NCBI GenBank assembly: GCA_963833425.1
Contig: CAWHXP010000009.1
Coordinates: 32,001-96,000, forward strand
Direction: 5' to 3'
Source of the DNA: an uncultured Methanosarcinaceae archaeon
Lineage (GTDB): Archaea > Halobacteriota > Methanosarcinia > Methanosarcinales > Methanosarcinaceae
Length of the DNA stretch: 64,000 nt
Positions 34,300 to 44,177 of this stretch are shown piece after piece. Below the pieces are notes generated by a model, which saw only the letters and a list, made by a program, of their open reading frames with translations, did not search any database and had not been told where the DNA came from. The number at the start of each line of letters is the position of its first letter. Position 1 is the stretch's first letter. The translations under genes were made by a program, and so were the position numbers.

Positions 34300-34896
34300 T
34301 TGAGAGGCTGTAAAAAAATGAAAAACCCATGGATTAAAATTAGATCTAATTTAATATTCGAAGATAAGTGGATTAAAGTATATCATGATGATGTGATTGG
34401 TTCTAACAAGAAAAAGGGGAGTTATAGTTATGTAAAAACTAAATGTGGTGTGGGAATAGTTGCCGTCAATAGTAAAGGAGAATTGTGTTTGGTGGGTCAA
34501 TATCGATATGCACCTGATATATATTCTCTAGAGATTCCGAAGGGTGGCTTCCATTCATTTAATTCTGATGAAAGCTCGTTACAAGCCGCTAAACGGGAAT
34601 TAAAAGAGGAAACTGGAATAAGTGCAGGGAACTGGGTTGAGCTGGGGGCAGTTCATACTCTAACTGGACATTCAAATGATATTGTTTACTTATTTCTTGC
34701 CACAGACCTTTCTTTTGGGATAAGCTTTCCTGATGAAAATGAATGTATAAATGTTTTTTACATAAAGTTCGACAAAATTGACACTGTAATAAGGGAGGGA
34801 TTATTTATTGATGGTAAAAAAGAGATGATAACTGATGCTACTAGTATTTCTGCAATTTATTTTGCAAAAGATTTAATTAAAGTTCAGACAATGTAA
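34300..34896 (+). CDS. NUDIX hydrolase (ADP-ribose pyrophosphatase-like); likely start 34318
   Basis: QYRY..LEIPKGG...AAKRELKEETG Nudix box. Confidence 0.88.
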   Translation: MRGCKKMKNPWIKIRSNLIFEDKWIKVYHDDVIGSNKKKGSYSYVKTKCGVGIVAVNSKGELCLVGQYRYAPDIYSLEIPKGGFHSFNSDESSLQAAKRELKEETGISAGNWVELGAVHTLTGHSNDIVYLFLATDLSFGISFPDENECINVFYIKFDKIDTVIREGLFIDGKKEMITDATSISAIYFAKDLIKVQTM

Positions 34897-34966
34897 AATA
34901 AAAAACATCTAAAGATAAATTTAAAAAGTTAAGCATAAGACCCATAATTTTATCCTTGATTTAATT

Positions 34967-36247
34967 TTATCTTGCAACTTGGCTTTGAGATTGTAACAGT
35001 TTATTTTTGGAGATAAATATTTTTTCAACGTAATTATACCATCTTTTGACATCATTTTCTGTAAAATTCTTATGACGCAAAGCAAAACAAGTTGATCTGT
35101 TCTTGCCGATCTGCACATACTTTGTAAAATCAGGCTCAATTATTTGATAGCCGAATTTCTCAGGATATTTTGCAATCTTAGTTCCTGGGTAGGGGATTAA
35201 AGGATATATTGAGAACTCATCAAAGGGCAAGTCACTTGCTTTTTCGAAGTATTCGACAATTGTTTGGTCTGTATCATATGGTAGTCCAACAATAAAAAAT
35301 GCTCTAATAGTTATGTCTTGTTCCTTAGCATTGCGAAGGTTCTTTTCCTCAAAACCATGCTGGGATGTTTTTCCAAGCATTTTGAGATTATCGGGATTTA
35401 AACTTTCTATTCCAACCGAGACATGCCTGCAACCACTTTTTGCAAGCATGTAACAGTTACTCTCACTTAAATCTTCTATTCTCGCAAAAATTCTGTAACT
35501 TATGTTCAGTTTTTTAATTTCTAATAATAATGTGTGAAGTTGAGGATTACCTGTAAAGTTATCATCGTTAAATCGGAATTTTGAAAATCCTCTTGACTTG
35601 AGATACGCGATTTCTTCGATAATTTTTTCAGTACTTCTATATCTTACACCTTTCATCACAATACTGTTACAGTGAGTACAATTGTATCTACAGCCACGAG
35701 AACTTATTACAGAAACAACCCTTTGATTATCAAGTACTCTACTGTAAGCGTTTAGATCAACAAGGTCCCAGGCAGGCATAGGGTAGCTGTCAATATCTGG
35801 CCTACCTTTTCCATTGACAATTTGGGGGAACTCAGAACCCTTTGAATACAAATTGACTACATTCAAGAAAGCATCTTCCCCTTCTCCAATGATTACACAG
35901 TCACAATTGCTATCCTTTAAGGTAAACTCTGGTAATCCAGACGGATTGGGACCTCCAAGAATGACTAAAGGGCTTCTATTATTAACAGACTTTATATGTT
36001 CTATACAACGTTTAACAAATGGGTAGTTTGTGCAATAGACTGTAAATCCATACGCATCGCCAGAAGGAATTGCTTTAATTTTTTCTTTTATCTCATCTTC
36101 TGTTTTGCAACCGGTCATTTCGTAAATCTCAACTTCAAAACCATTAAGTTTCAATACGGATGCAATATAAAGTAAACCTAACTGTGGCTCTAAATGATCG
36201 TCATAAACACAATTAGAAGGAGGATTTATCAAAACAATTTTAATCAT
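34967..36247 (-). CDS. B12-binding domain radical SAM protein
   Basis: N-terminal PQLGLLYIAS..ILGGP..IGEGE cobalamin-binding domain; SRGCRYNCTHC (CX3CX2C); FNDDNF, GIES and PYPGT motifs. Confidence 0.9.
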   Translation of the reverse strand: MIKIVLINPPSNCVYDDHLEPQLGLLYIASVLKLNGFEVEIYEMTGCKTEDEIKEKIKAIPSGDAYGFTVYCTNYPFVKRCIEHIKSVNNRSPLVILGGPNPSGLPEFTLKDSNCDCVIIGEGEDAFLNVVNLYSKGSEFPQIVNGKGRPDIDSYPMPAWDLVDLNAYSRVLDNQRVVSVISSRGCRYNCTHCNSIVMKGVRYRSTEKIIEEIAYLKSRGFSKFRFNDDNFTGNPQLHTLLLEIKKLNISYRIFARIEDLSESNCYMLAKSGCRHVSVGIESLNPDNLKMLGKTSQHGFEEKNLRNAKEQDITIRAFFIVGLPYDTDQTIVEYFEKASDLPFDEFSIYPLIPYPGTKIAKYPEKFGYQIIEPDFTKYVQIGKNRSTCFALRHKNFTENDVKRWYNYVEKIFISKNKLLQSQSQVAR

Positions 36248-36520
36248 TGCCTATCAGTAGGTACTGAGATATAAGTATTTTACTTATCCGTAAAGAGTGA
36301 TATTTTCGCAAATGCTGGGTAGTCATCAAAAAATGATATACTAGAGGGTAATTATTGCGCTCCCTAATCATGGTGTATAAAATTTTTAATAAGAAATAGC
36401 ACACAAATCAAACGAAGACAAATAATTATTCATAAAGTCCTTTAAGTTCCTTCAATTTCTGTTCACATATTTTAATTATACTTGGATCTCCAATTGCCTC
36501 CCCAATAGCCTGTGATTCCT

Positions 36521-39355
36521 TCAGTAACACAAATGCTTTTTTTTCTCACCCAAATCATAGTATATATTCCCCAAATTTCCAAGCCATTTTCCTACTCTGC
36601 ATTTATCACCTATATCTCTTGCAATTTTCAAAGCTAGTTCGTAATACTCAATTGCTTCTTTCGGCTGGCCCAGATCAAGGTATGCGCTTCCCAGATATCC
36701 TTGCCATTTTCCTACTCTGCGTTTATCACCTATATCTCTTGCAATTTCCAAAGCCAGCTCGTAATACTCAATTGCTTCTTTCGGCTGGCCCAGATTAAGG
36801 TATGCATTTCCCAGATATCCTTGCCAAACTCCTACATTGCGAATATCGTCTATTTCTCTTGCAATTTTCAAAGCCTGCTTGTAAAAGCTAAATGCTTCAT
36901 TTAGCTCTCCCAGATCATAGTTTGCTGTTCCCAGATTTCCAAGCCAAATTCCTTCGTAGCGTTTATCACCTATTTCTTCTGCAATTTTCAAAGCCATATC
37001 GAAATAGTTAATTGCTTTATTCAGCTCGTTCAGATCATAGTATGCTATTCCCAGATTTCCAAGCCAAATTCCTTCATAGCGTTTATCACCTATTACTCTT
37101 GCGATTTCCAAGGCCTGCTCGTGAGACTCAATTGCATTTTTGAATTCACCCTGATAACGGTATGCAGTCCCACAATTTCCAATCCAGATTCCTTTGTGGC
37201 GTCTATAACCTTCTTCTTTCGCAATTTCCAAAGCCAGCTTGTAATAGTAAATTGCCTTTTCAAAATTACCCTGATCACGGTATACATTTCCCAGATTTCC
37301 AAGCTGATGTATTTCTCCTTTTCTATCCCCTTTTTCTTTTGAAATCGTCAAGGCCTGCTGCTGAAACTCAATTGCTCTTTTATAATTGCCCAACCCTCTG
37401 CATACTAATCCTAGATTTCCAAGGTCTACACTTTCTCTAGATCTATCAATTTTTCCTTTTGAAATTGTCAAGGCCTGCTTGAAATAATCAATTGCTTCTT
37501 TTGGCTGGCCCAGATCAAGATATGCATTTCCTAGATATCCTAGCCATTTTTCTTCGTTGTGTCTATCATCTATTTTTCTTAAAATCTCCAATGATTGCTC
37601 GTAATATTTAATTGCTTTTTTAGGATTTCCAAACTTTCCGTATACTAATCCCAAACCCCCAAGGCCGTCACTTTCTCCAAGTCTATCCTCATTTTCTTTT
37701 GCAAATTTCGAGACTTTATTGTAATAATAAATTGCTTTTTTGTAATTTCCCATATTACAATTGAGTAATGCGAGTTTGTTTAGGGTTTCTGTAACAGATG
37801 AGTTTTTGGGTCCTAATTTCTCTTTCAGAAGTTGCAGCATTTCCTCGTATAATGGGTAAATTAATTTCCAGAATGCTGCTTCTTCGAACGGATAAGATGC
37901 ACCATTAAACCAATTGAGTAGATCTTCTGCTTCTAGCGATTGTTTTGCGTGATAAAAAGCTTCTGATAGGGCAGTTTCGTGTTCTGGAATGATTAACTTA
38001 ATATCTATATTTTTGAGTTTATTTCTATAATATTTACATATAGCTTTGTGTATTCTTTTTACTGAATCTGGATCTTCTTTTTCCTGAGTTTTTTGAAGAG
38101 CTTTTTGCATCAACTGGTGCATTTGCCTTTTTTCATCCCCAGCTTTGCTAATAAAAGATAAATTGCACAATTTTTTGTAATTATTTGTGGAATATCCTGT
38201 GTTGCATTTTTTGACCAGATATTCAAAAAGGTCATAGTCCCAGAAACGTGGGATAGAAAGGGCATTTAATGTATCTCTTTCTTGAGAACTTAAAAATCTG
38301 AAGAATCTATCTGTTATTTCTTGAGGAGTACCACCAAAGTCTTCTGGAATTGGCTGTCTTTTTTTGTAGATTTTTATTTTTTCATAAGTTTTAACAGATA
38401 ATTCTAGATAGTAAGGAACGCCTATACTCCCTTTAACTATAGCTTCCTGTATTTTTCTATCTTTGATTCCTTGAGTTTCAAGATATTCGATATGGTATTT
38501 TGGGGGTAGTTTTCTTACCTCATACTGTGTCAGATATTCACTCCACTCTACCCACTCGTTTTTTGTTTCTTCCCAGCAAAGAGCTTCTCTGCCGCAGATA
38601 ACCCACAGTACTCTTTGGGGTAAACTATGAAGAATTAGCTCATTTATTATCCAGTTATCTAGAGAATAGCCATCGCTTCTATAGTTTTCCCGCAGACCTT
38701 CATAAGTATCTATAAATAAAACTGCAGACTTTGAATTACCTTCTAAATAATTGTTAAGATCATATGCCCAAAAGTAGGGAAGCATTTCCTTGATTTCCCA
38801 AGGCTCTTTCTTTGGAAGTTGTTTGAGTTTTTCTTCTACTATCTCTACCCACCTTTTTTTAAGGTAGTCTGGAAAACCTTTCAGTAATCTTGCAACCTTA
38901 GGTATTAGATTAAAGTAGGGTATTTGATTAACAATTTCTAAAAAGCCGTCGAAGACTTCTTCACCTTCAAAAAGTAGATAATTCTCTTTTCTTAGGGGAA
39001 TTTCTGGATTTGCCTTTTTCCAGTAAATGGCATGTGCGATTTCAAAGGCGGGAAAACTTATTTTTGATTTTTTTTGTAACTCATTTTTAAGAGCTACTAA
39101 CATAGCAGTTTTTTCTCTGTAAGTAGGCAGTTGCAGATCAATTGAAGCCCATATCACTTTCTGGCATTGAGATTTGTGATTATATTTTTCTAAGCACTTT
39201 GGAAATTCGTGCCTTAAACTTGTCTTGCCAATACCAGCAATTCCATGATAAACCAAGACATTAAATTCTTTTTGTCCAATGTTATTTACAGCTTTATTGA
39301 AGGTATTAATATAACCTTTTCTATCAACAAATTGATTTTCTTCGGTGTTTGTCAT
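36521..39355 (-). CDS. P-loop NTPase (STAND-like) fused to a C-terminal 40-aa TPR array; tail probably frameshifted
   Basis: FVDR..HGIAGIGKT Walker A, LFIDTYE Walker B and ~10 TPR units. After the A-run near 36540 another frame reads LLKESQAIG..GDPSII..EQKLKELKGLYE to ~36425. Confidence 0.85.
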   Translation of the reverse strand: MTNTEENQFVDRKGYINTFNKAVNNIGQKEFNVLVYHGIAGIGKTSLRHEFPKCLEKYNHKSQCQKVIWASIDLQLPTYREKTAMLVALKNELQKKSKISFPAFEIAHAIYWKKANPEIPLRKENYLLFEGEEVFDGFLEIVNQIPYFNLIPKVARLLKGFPDYLKKRWVEIVEEKLKQLPKKEPWEIKEMLPYFWAYDLNNYLEGNSKSAVLFIDTYEGLRENYRSDGYSLDNWIINELILHSLPQRVLWVICGREALCWEETKNEWVEWSEYLTQYEVRKLPPKYHIEYLETQGIKDRKIQEAIVKGSIGVPYYLELSVKTYEKIKIYKKRQPIPEDFGGTPQEITDRFFRFLSSQERDTLNALSIPRFWDYDLFEYLVKKCNTGYSTNNYKKLCNLSFISKAGDEKRQMHQLMQKALQKTQEKEDPDSVKRIHKAICKYYRNKLKNIDIKLIIPEHETALSEAFYHAKQSLEAEDLLNWFNGASYPFEEAAFWKLIYPLYEEMLQLLKEKLGPKNSSVTETLNKLALLNCNMGNYKKAIYYYNKVSKFAKENEDRLGESDGLGGLGLVYGKFGNPKKAIKYYEQSLEILRKIDDRHNEEKWLGYLGNAYLDLGQPKEAIDYFKQALTISKGKIDRSRESVDLGNLGLVCRGLGNYKRAIEFQQQALTISKEKGDRKGEIHQLGNLGNVYRDQGNFEKAIYYYKLALEIAKEEGYRRHKGIWIGNCGTAYRYQGEFKNAIESHEQALEIARVIGDKRYEGIWLGNLGIAYYDLNELNKAINYFDMALKIAEEIGDKRYEGIWLGNLGTANYDLGELNEAFSFYKQALKIAREIDDIRNVGVWQGYLGNAYLNLGQPKEAIEYYELALEIARDIGDKRRVGKWQGYLGSAYLDLGQPKEAIEYYELALKIARDIGDKCRVGKWLGNLGNIYYDLGEKKKHLCY

Positions 39356-40169
39356 ATAATCACTCTGGAATCCAGTTTATTTACTTAATAGTTGAGCATA
39401 ATCCCATAAAACAAATGATTAAGAAGCAAAACTTATTTTCATTAATTTTTTGTGATCCACTTAATGTCTCCAAGTATTTTTATGCTTGATATAAAAAATT
39501 TTAGCCTTTATATAAATTGGTACTGTTTTATTTTACTTGTTGCAAAGTTAGCACTCGATTTATTCTCTTTTGCTTACATATCCCCGGATCTTATTCACAA
39601 ATGATACGTAGGATATAATAAGAAAATAAACGAATTTGAGAACTCAAAAGTTCTGTGAAGACTCAAAAAAGGAGCATGGCAACATAAATTCTTTTAAAGA
39701 ATATCGTTATTGCCCTGGAATTTAAGTAACTAACCCATTTAAATTTTGCATGGAGAGTCCAATTATCTACATGAAGTTGATAACAATAAAATATTATTTA
39801 TACAGTTTGTGAGATAATCAACCAGATATTTAAAGCTGATTTTTTCAGAACGGTCGTCTCCTTTTCACGGCTATGGTGTCGGATGCCAGCTGCGTTAGAT
39901 GTTTTCTCTCCCCTGTCTTTGTAAATATAGCCCCAGTATCAGCCACTAAGAGGCTCAAGATGAGGTTTTAATTTGAAAGTAATGGTTTTTATGCCACACT
40001 ATTAAATAAATTACAGAATCTTAAATAAATTACAGAACCGTGAAATCAATTAGTAATTCGATATTTATTAAAATATTATTATAATTTATATATTAACTAA
40101 AAAATATTATGTATATTGAAACACTTGAATTATCATTAGCTATTTGAAATATGAGTGTGAGGAAATACA

Positions 40170-41057
40170 GTGGATAGCAAACCTTCAAACAAGGATGACG
40201 TTAGAGAAAAAGAGACATATAAAAAAATTTACACCCCATGGGATTTTTATATTTTATTTGGGATAGCAGGAGTAATACTTTTTGTGATAGGAGCTTTTCG
40301 TTTCTCCACTTCGAATGATAATGCTTATTTCATTTATATTTGCTTAATCTCATTTGCAATTGTTGCCTTTCCGTGGGTTAGCTCGATTCAATTGACCGGT
40401 ATTTTCAAGATAGATAATGCAATAAACAAAGTGAGAAAAGAAACCCATGATCAAGTTGATCAAGCAAGCAAATTATTTGATAACAAATTATTATCACTCA
40501 GAACAGAGTTAGTATCTCAACTTACCAACATCCAATATCAAGCTCTTCAGCAAAAGACTGAACAAGTAGTACATGTTGATCTTGGTGCTTCTGCTCTTGC
40601 GGCCGTTAAAAGTACTGAGGATATGAAGTTAGAGTCCAATGAGGGTAAATCGCAATTGAGCATCCCACCTCCCAATGAGCTCCCAAAGAAATATTCTGAA
40701 TTAAGAATTGGATTTGCTAAAGCGACTTCTGTCGCATTGAATGATCCATATGGATATAGATGTGGATCACTTATTCGCCAGATTCCGGATAATGGGCAAT
40801 TGGCTAAGGAGTTCGAAGCGGCAAAAGCTGAGAAGAATGTCACAGATGAACAGGTTTTATCAATGAAAACCTTGGGTCTTGTAACCGATAAAGGGAGCAA
40901 TTCTACAAAGCCTAACGAAAATAAAATATACGCATCTGAATTGGGGAGAATATACGTGGACTATTGGAAGGGGTTTGCTAAAAATATCGATTGGGCTAAG
41001 CTTGGAGTTGACCTTCTCAGCAATATATCAAATTTATTTTTATATAGGAGTCATTAA
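40170..41057 (+). CDS. Hypothetical membrane protein (2 N-terminal TM helices, coiled coil, soluble C-domain)
   Basis: Hydrophobic segments FYILFGIAGVILFVIGAF and YFIYICLISFAIVAFPWV; 295-aa open frame. Confidence 0.7.
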   Translation: MDSKPSNKDDVREKETYKKIYTPWDFYILFGIAGVILFVIGAFRFSTSNDNAYFIYICLISFAIVAFPWVSSIQLTGIFKIDNAINKVRKETHDQVDQASKLFDNKLLSLRTELVSQLTNIQYQALQQKTEQVVHVDLGASALAAVKSTEDMKLESNEGKSQLSIPPPNELPKKYSELRIGFAKATSVALNDPYGYRCGSLIRQIPDNGQLAKEFEAAKAEKNVTDEQVLSMKTLGLVTDKGSNSTKPNENKIYASELGRIYVDYWKGFAKNIDWAKLGVDLLSNISNLFLYRSH

Positions 41058-41468
41058 TCTAATAGCAACATTTAATCTTTTCATTATTCATTTATTTTAG
41101 TAAAACCTGTGTATAATATCCCAAATTTAGATGAAAATGCCCTTATAAATCTCGAAGACACTTATCGTGTTATACAATCAAAATCATGGGGAATTGAATT
41201 GGTTAAAAAAATGACTTAACCTGAGCTCACTAGGAAGACTTTTATCAAGAGTCCCTGAGGAATATGATTATCTTTGTGAAAAAAAATGGCTCACAGCGCC
41301 TGTGAATGGCTCATATTTGATTTGATTTGACGCATATACATCCCGCTTGCATACAGAACAAAAATAACTTAATATTAAATACAAGCTTAGCTAATATTAA
41401 TCATAAAAAATAAAAAACTGTGTTCACAATGGCACGTCCATCATTATATTATAAGGGGTGATTTTAAT

Positions 41469-41615
41469 ATGGCAGAGGAAAACGATCAAAGTGAACAGGA
41501 AGAACTTAATAAGGATTCTCTGGAATCATTGCTTAAAGAAAAGCAAAGAAAACAGGTTCGTTCAGATTATCGGCGTAGTCTGGGCAGCGAAGCTGGTAGA
41601 AGATATAACGAATAA
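41469..41615 (+). CDS. Small acidic/basic hypothetical protein (48 aa)
   Basis: MAEENDQSEQEELNKDSLESLLKEKQRKQ... preceded by AGGGGTGA RBS. Confidence 0.4.
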   Translation: MAEENDQSEQEELNKDSLESLLKEKQRKQVRSDYRRSLGSEAGRRYNE

Positions 41616-42170
41616 GTTAATAAAAAAACATTAAAGTATAAGATTTAATACATTATGCAGAACAGATCGATAAGCTTTCAAAAATAAGTTAGATACCGTT
41701 GGTGTGTTCAACATCAACAGTACTCCTCTACCCAATTCATGATGAACTTTGATTTCCATAATAGTCAATTTTCACAACACTCATACCCATGTACCAAGTT
41801 CTATCATATTGCAATTGAGCATTCTTTGGATGTGCGTTTAATAGATTTACTATTTTTTTGTCTCAATGTCCCTACCTTTTACAATTTCTATATCCTGATA
41901 GACCAACGAATTATTAAATATCGTTGAACTATACTCATACTTAAGCCGATTAGAAATCAAATTCTAATCACTTGGATTTGTAGTTATCTTTTGATCATCT
42001 ATTAAATATATATCGGACTGCAACTAAATATTCATAACTCACTGGAGCTACTTTTGGCAATTAATTGTTACTCGTTCATCAACTCCTACACCCGCTCCAA
42101 TGTCAAAGCAAAAAAGATCCAAACAACGTTAAGAAATAGTATTTACTTAGAACTATCAACAATATTTTTA

Positions 42171-42243
42171 TAGTCCTGAGCGGATTCGAACCGCTGTCCC
42201 GGGCTCCAAAGGCCCGAAGGATTGACCACTACCCTACAGGACT
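42171..42243 (-). tRNA. tRNA-Gln (anticodon TTG), integration target
   Basis: AGTCCTG/CAGGACT+A acceptor with the archaeal A1-U72 pair; anticodon arm CGGGC-CTTTGGA-GCCCG; T-loop GTTCGAATC. Confidence 0.96.
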
Positions 42244-43097
42244 GCATATTAAAGCTTTTACATATAAGATTAATCCTTGTACTTAATTTTTGTGCCATAT
42301 GGAATCTTTAAGACATTATGGCTAATGGTAAATCTCATCTATAGACTATTCCATCTTCGAACCTTTTACTGTGAAAATATATTTTGATGTAAAACTAATT
42401 TTTGTATAATTAATTTAACGTAATTTCGTGACCATTAAATAGCTTATAAGTGACTATAAAATTTCCCCCGGAATGAGAAATCACACACTTCAGCAAATAG
42501 ATAGAAGCTTCCCTATATGATAGTAGCTGAGGCATTTACAATTATTTATGATATCGAACTTGGTAAGCTCTATATGTCTCGTTTTAATCAAAAAAGGGGA
42601 AACCCTTGAAGGAAATAGTTGGTACAAAGTATATCGGAAATTAGGCAAAAGTCAGATGACAATCTACAATGGCTTGAATAGGAAGTTCTTACTACTTATA
42701 TAACTACTTTGTGGGTGACTACATAATTTTTTTCTCGGAACGTTGATTATCTAGATAAAGTGTTGAATCTTGAGCTTTTTTAATATTTTCTGGGATTGTT
42801 AAAATTTACCCCTTACCAAACTCTCAATTAGCTTAAATAAATAAAAAATGTAGAAAAAAAATCAAAATCTTTAAATCTAAATACAGAAATGAAAATAGGT
42901 AAAATTCGCTATAATTTAGATAAAAAATTTTATTCTCTGAATCAAAGTAAAAAACCGAAAAATTTTATATTTATCTCCATAAGAAAAAAGGGTTTAAATT
43001 AAATTACCAATATTTTTGGAATTCGGATTCATGATTTTTTAGATGAACATATCTCAAGATGGGGATTATTTAATGATTATTTAGATCAAAGGTTCTC

Positions 43098-43117
43098 TCC
43101 AATGGAAACAGACGGGT
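43098..43117 (+). promoter_or_regulatory. Candidate origin recognition box (ORB)
   Basis: TCCAATGGAAACAGACGGGT resembles the archaeal ORB consensus TCCAGTGGAAAC..GGGG; ~1 kb upstream of cdc6. Confidence 0.5.
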
Positions 43118-44177
43118 CATTACCATAACTATTAATACGGTGTACTTCCATTGGATCTACTGCAATTACAGATTAAAATTGTTAGCTGATATATAAGTTT
43201 CATCTAAAAATTTGATAAAAGAAATCTGCAATATAGGTTTTATCAAGACTTGGTAGCACTTTAAGTGTGTGACTTGTGAGTCATTTTATCAGCGGTTTAA
43301 TGGAGACAAGAACTTAAAATATTAATTTAAAACAATAAATACAATTTATCTTAGCTATCACAATTATGTCAACCATATATATTCTTATCTTATAATATAA
43401 GAACCTTGAGTAATCACCTGTAGCAAATTAACATTTGAAAGTCGTGCAGAAAACACTATTGTATTAATCTGGTAGGATTTTCAGTAAACCCTAAATTTTG
43501 TCATATGTTTATGAATGATAAATACTTGAGATTGTCAAAGGATTTGACTTTCATTGTATAAAAATATTTGAGCTAAAAGCTATGTAAAGAAATACATTCA
43601 ATAGCTCTGAATTCGATGCAGCCTGAAGGAATTTTTACCCGGCTTTAGAGAACAAGTAAAGTTTAAAGATATTTATTTAAAGATTATTTTGTAAGAAATT
43701 TAATTTTCAAAAATTCAGTAAATTTGAAATTAAAATTTGTAGGTTTATCCTGCAGCTACGAGTCTGGAAAATATGATCGGTACCTTTCAAAATAAAGAAT
43801 ATATTAATTTAATATATTCATAGTAGTTGTATCTCGACCTAAACATATGAAGATTACATCTCTCCCATAAACAAGGAGTTTTAAACAAGAATTTCAACTA
43901 TTAAAACTTATGATGGCAATTATTTATTTAAAGTTCAATATAATATAATTTACATCAAACATTCTGCAGATACGCACATATGTATAAATTTGTTTGTATA
44001 TCCATATTATTATTCATTGAAAATTAGATTAATTTTTAAGATACTGTCATATTGAAAAAATGAATGGCATTCTTATGTACATCTGCAGAAAATGGATTCA
44101 TTATGAATATTAAATTTAAATCGACTGTCTTAATTCATTAGGTCACTTATTTCATCAACATTTATAGAGGGTCGTTC

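Larger units (their letters stand above)
8258..42183. mobile_element. ~33.9 kb integrated element / genomic island at tRNA-Gln(UUG)
   Basis: Perfect direct repeat TATAGTCCTGAGCGG at 8258-8272 and 42169-42183 (tRNA 3' end). The integrase starts 46 bp inside the left repeat. Replication and cargo genes lie between. Confidence 0.9.

Noticed and set aside
36570..37700. Diversity-generating retroelement acting on the TPR repeats
   Set aside because: No reverse transcriptase or separate template repeat is visible, and differences are not limited to adenines.
41690..42110. Minus-strand gene next to the tRNA
   Set aside because: Protein-like stretches are broken by several stops and cannot be assigned to a family.
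8258..42183. Complete provirus or conjugative element
   Set aside because: No recognisable capsid, portal, large terminase, tail, relaxase or VirB4/VirD4 genes.
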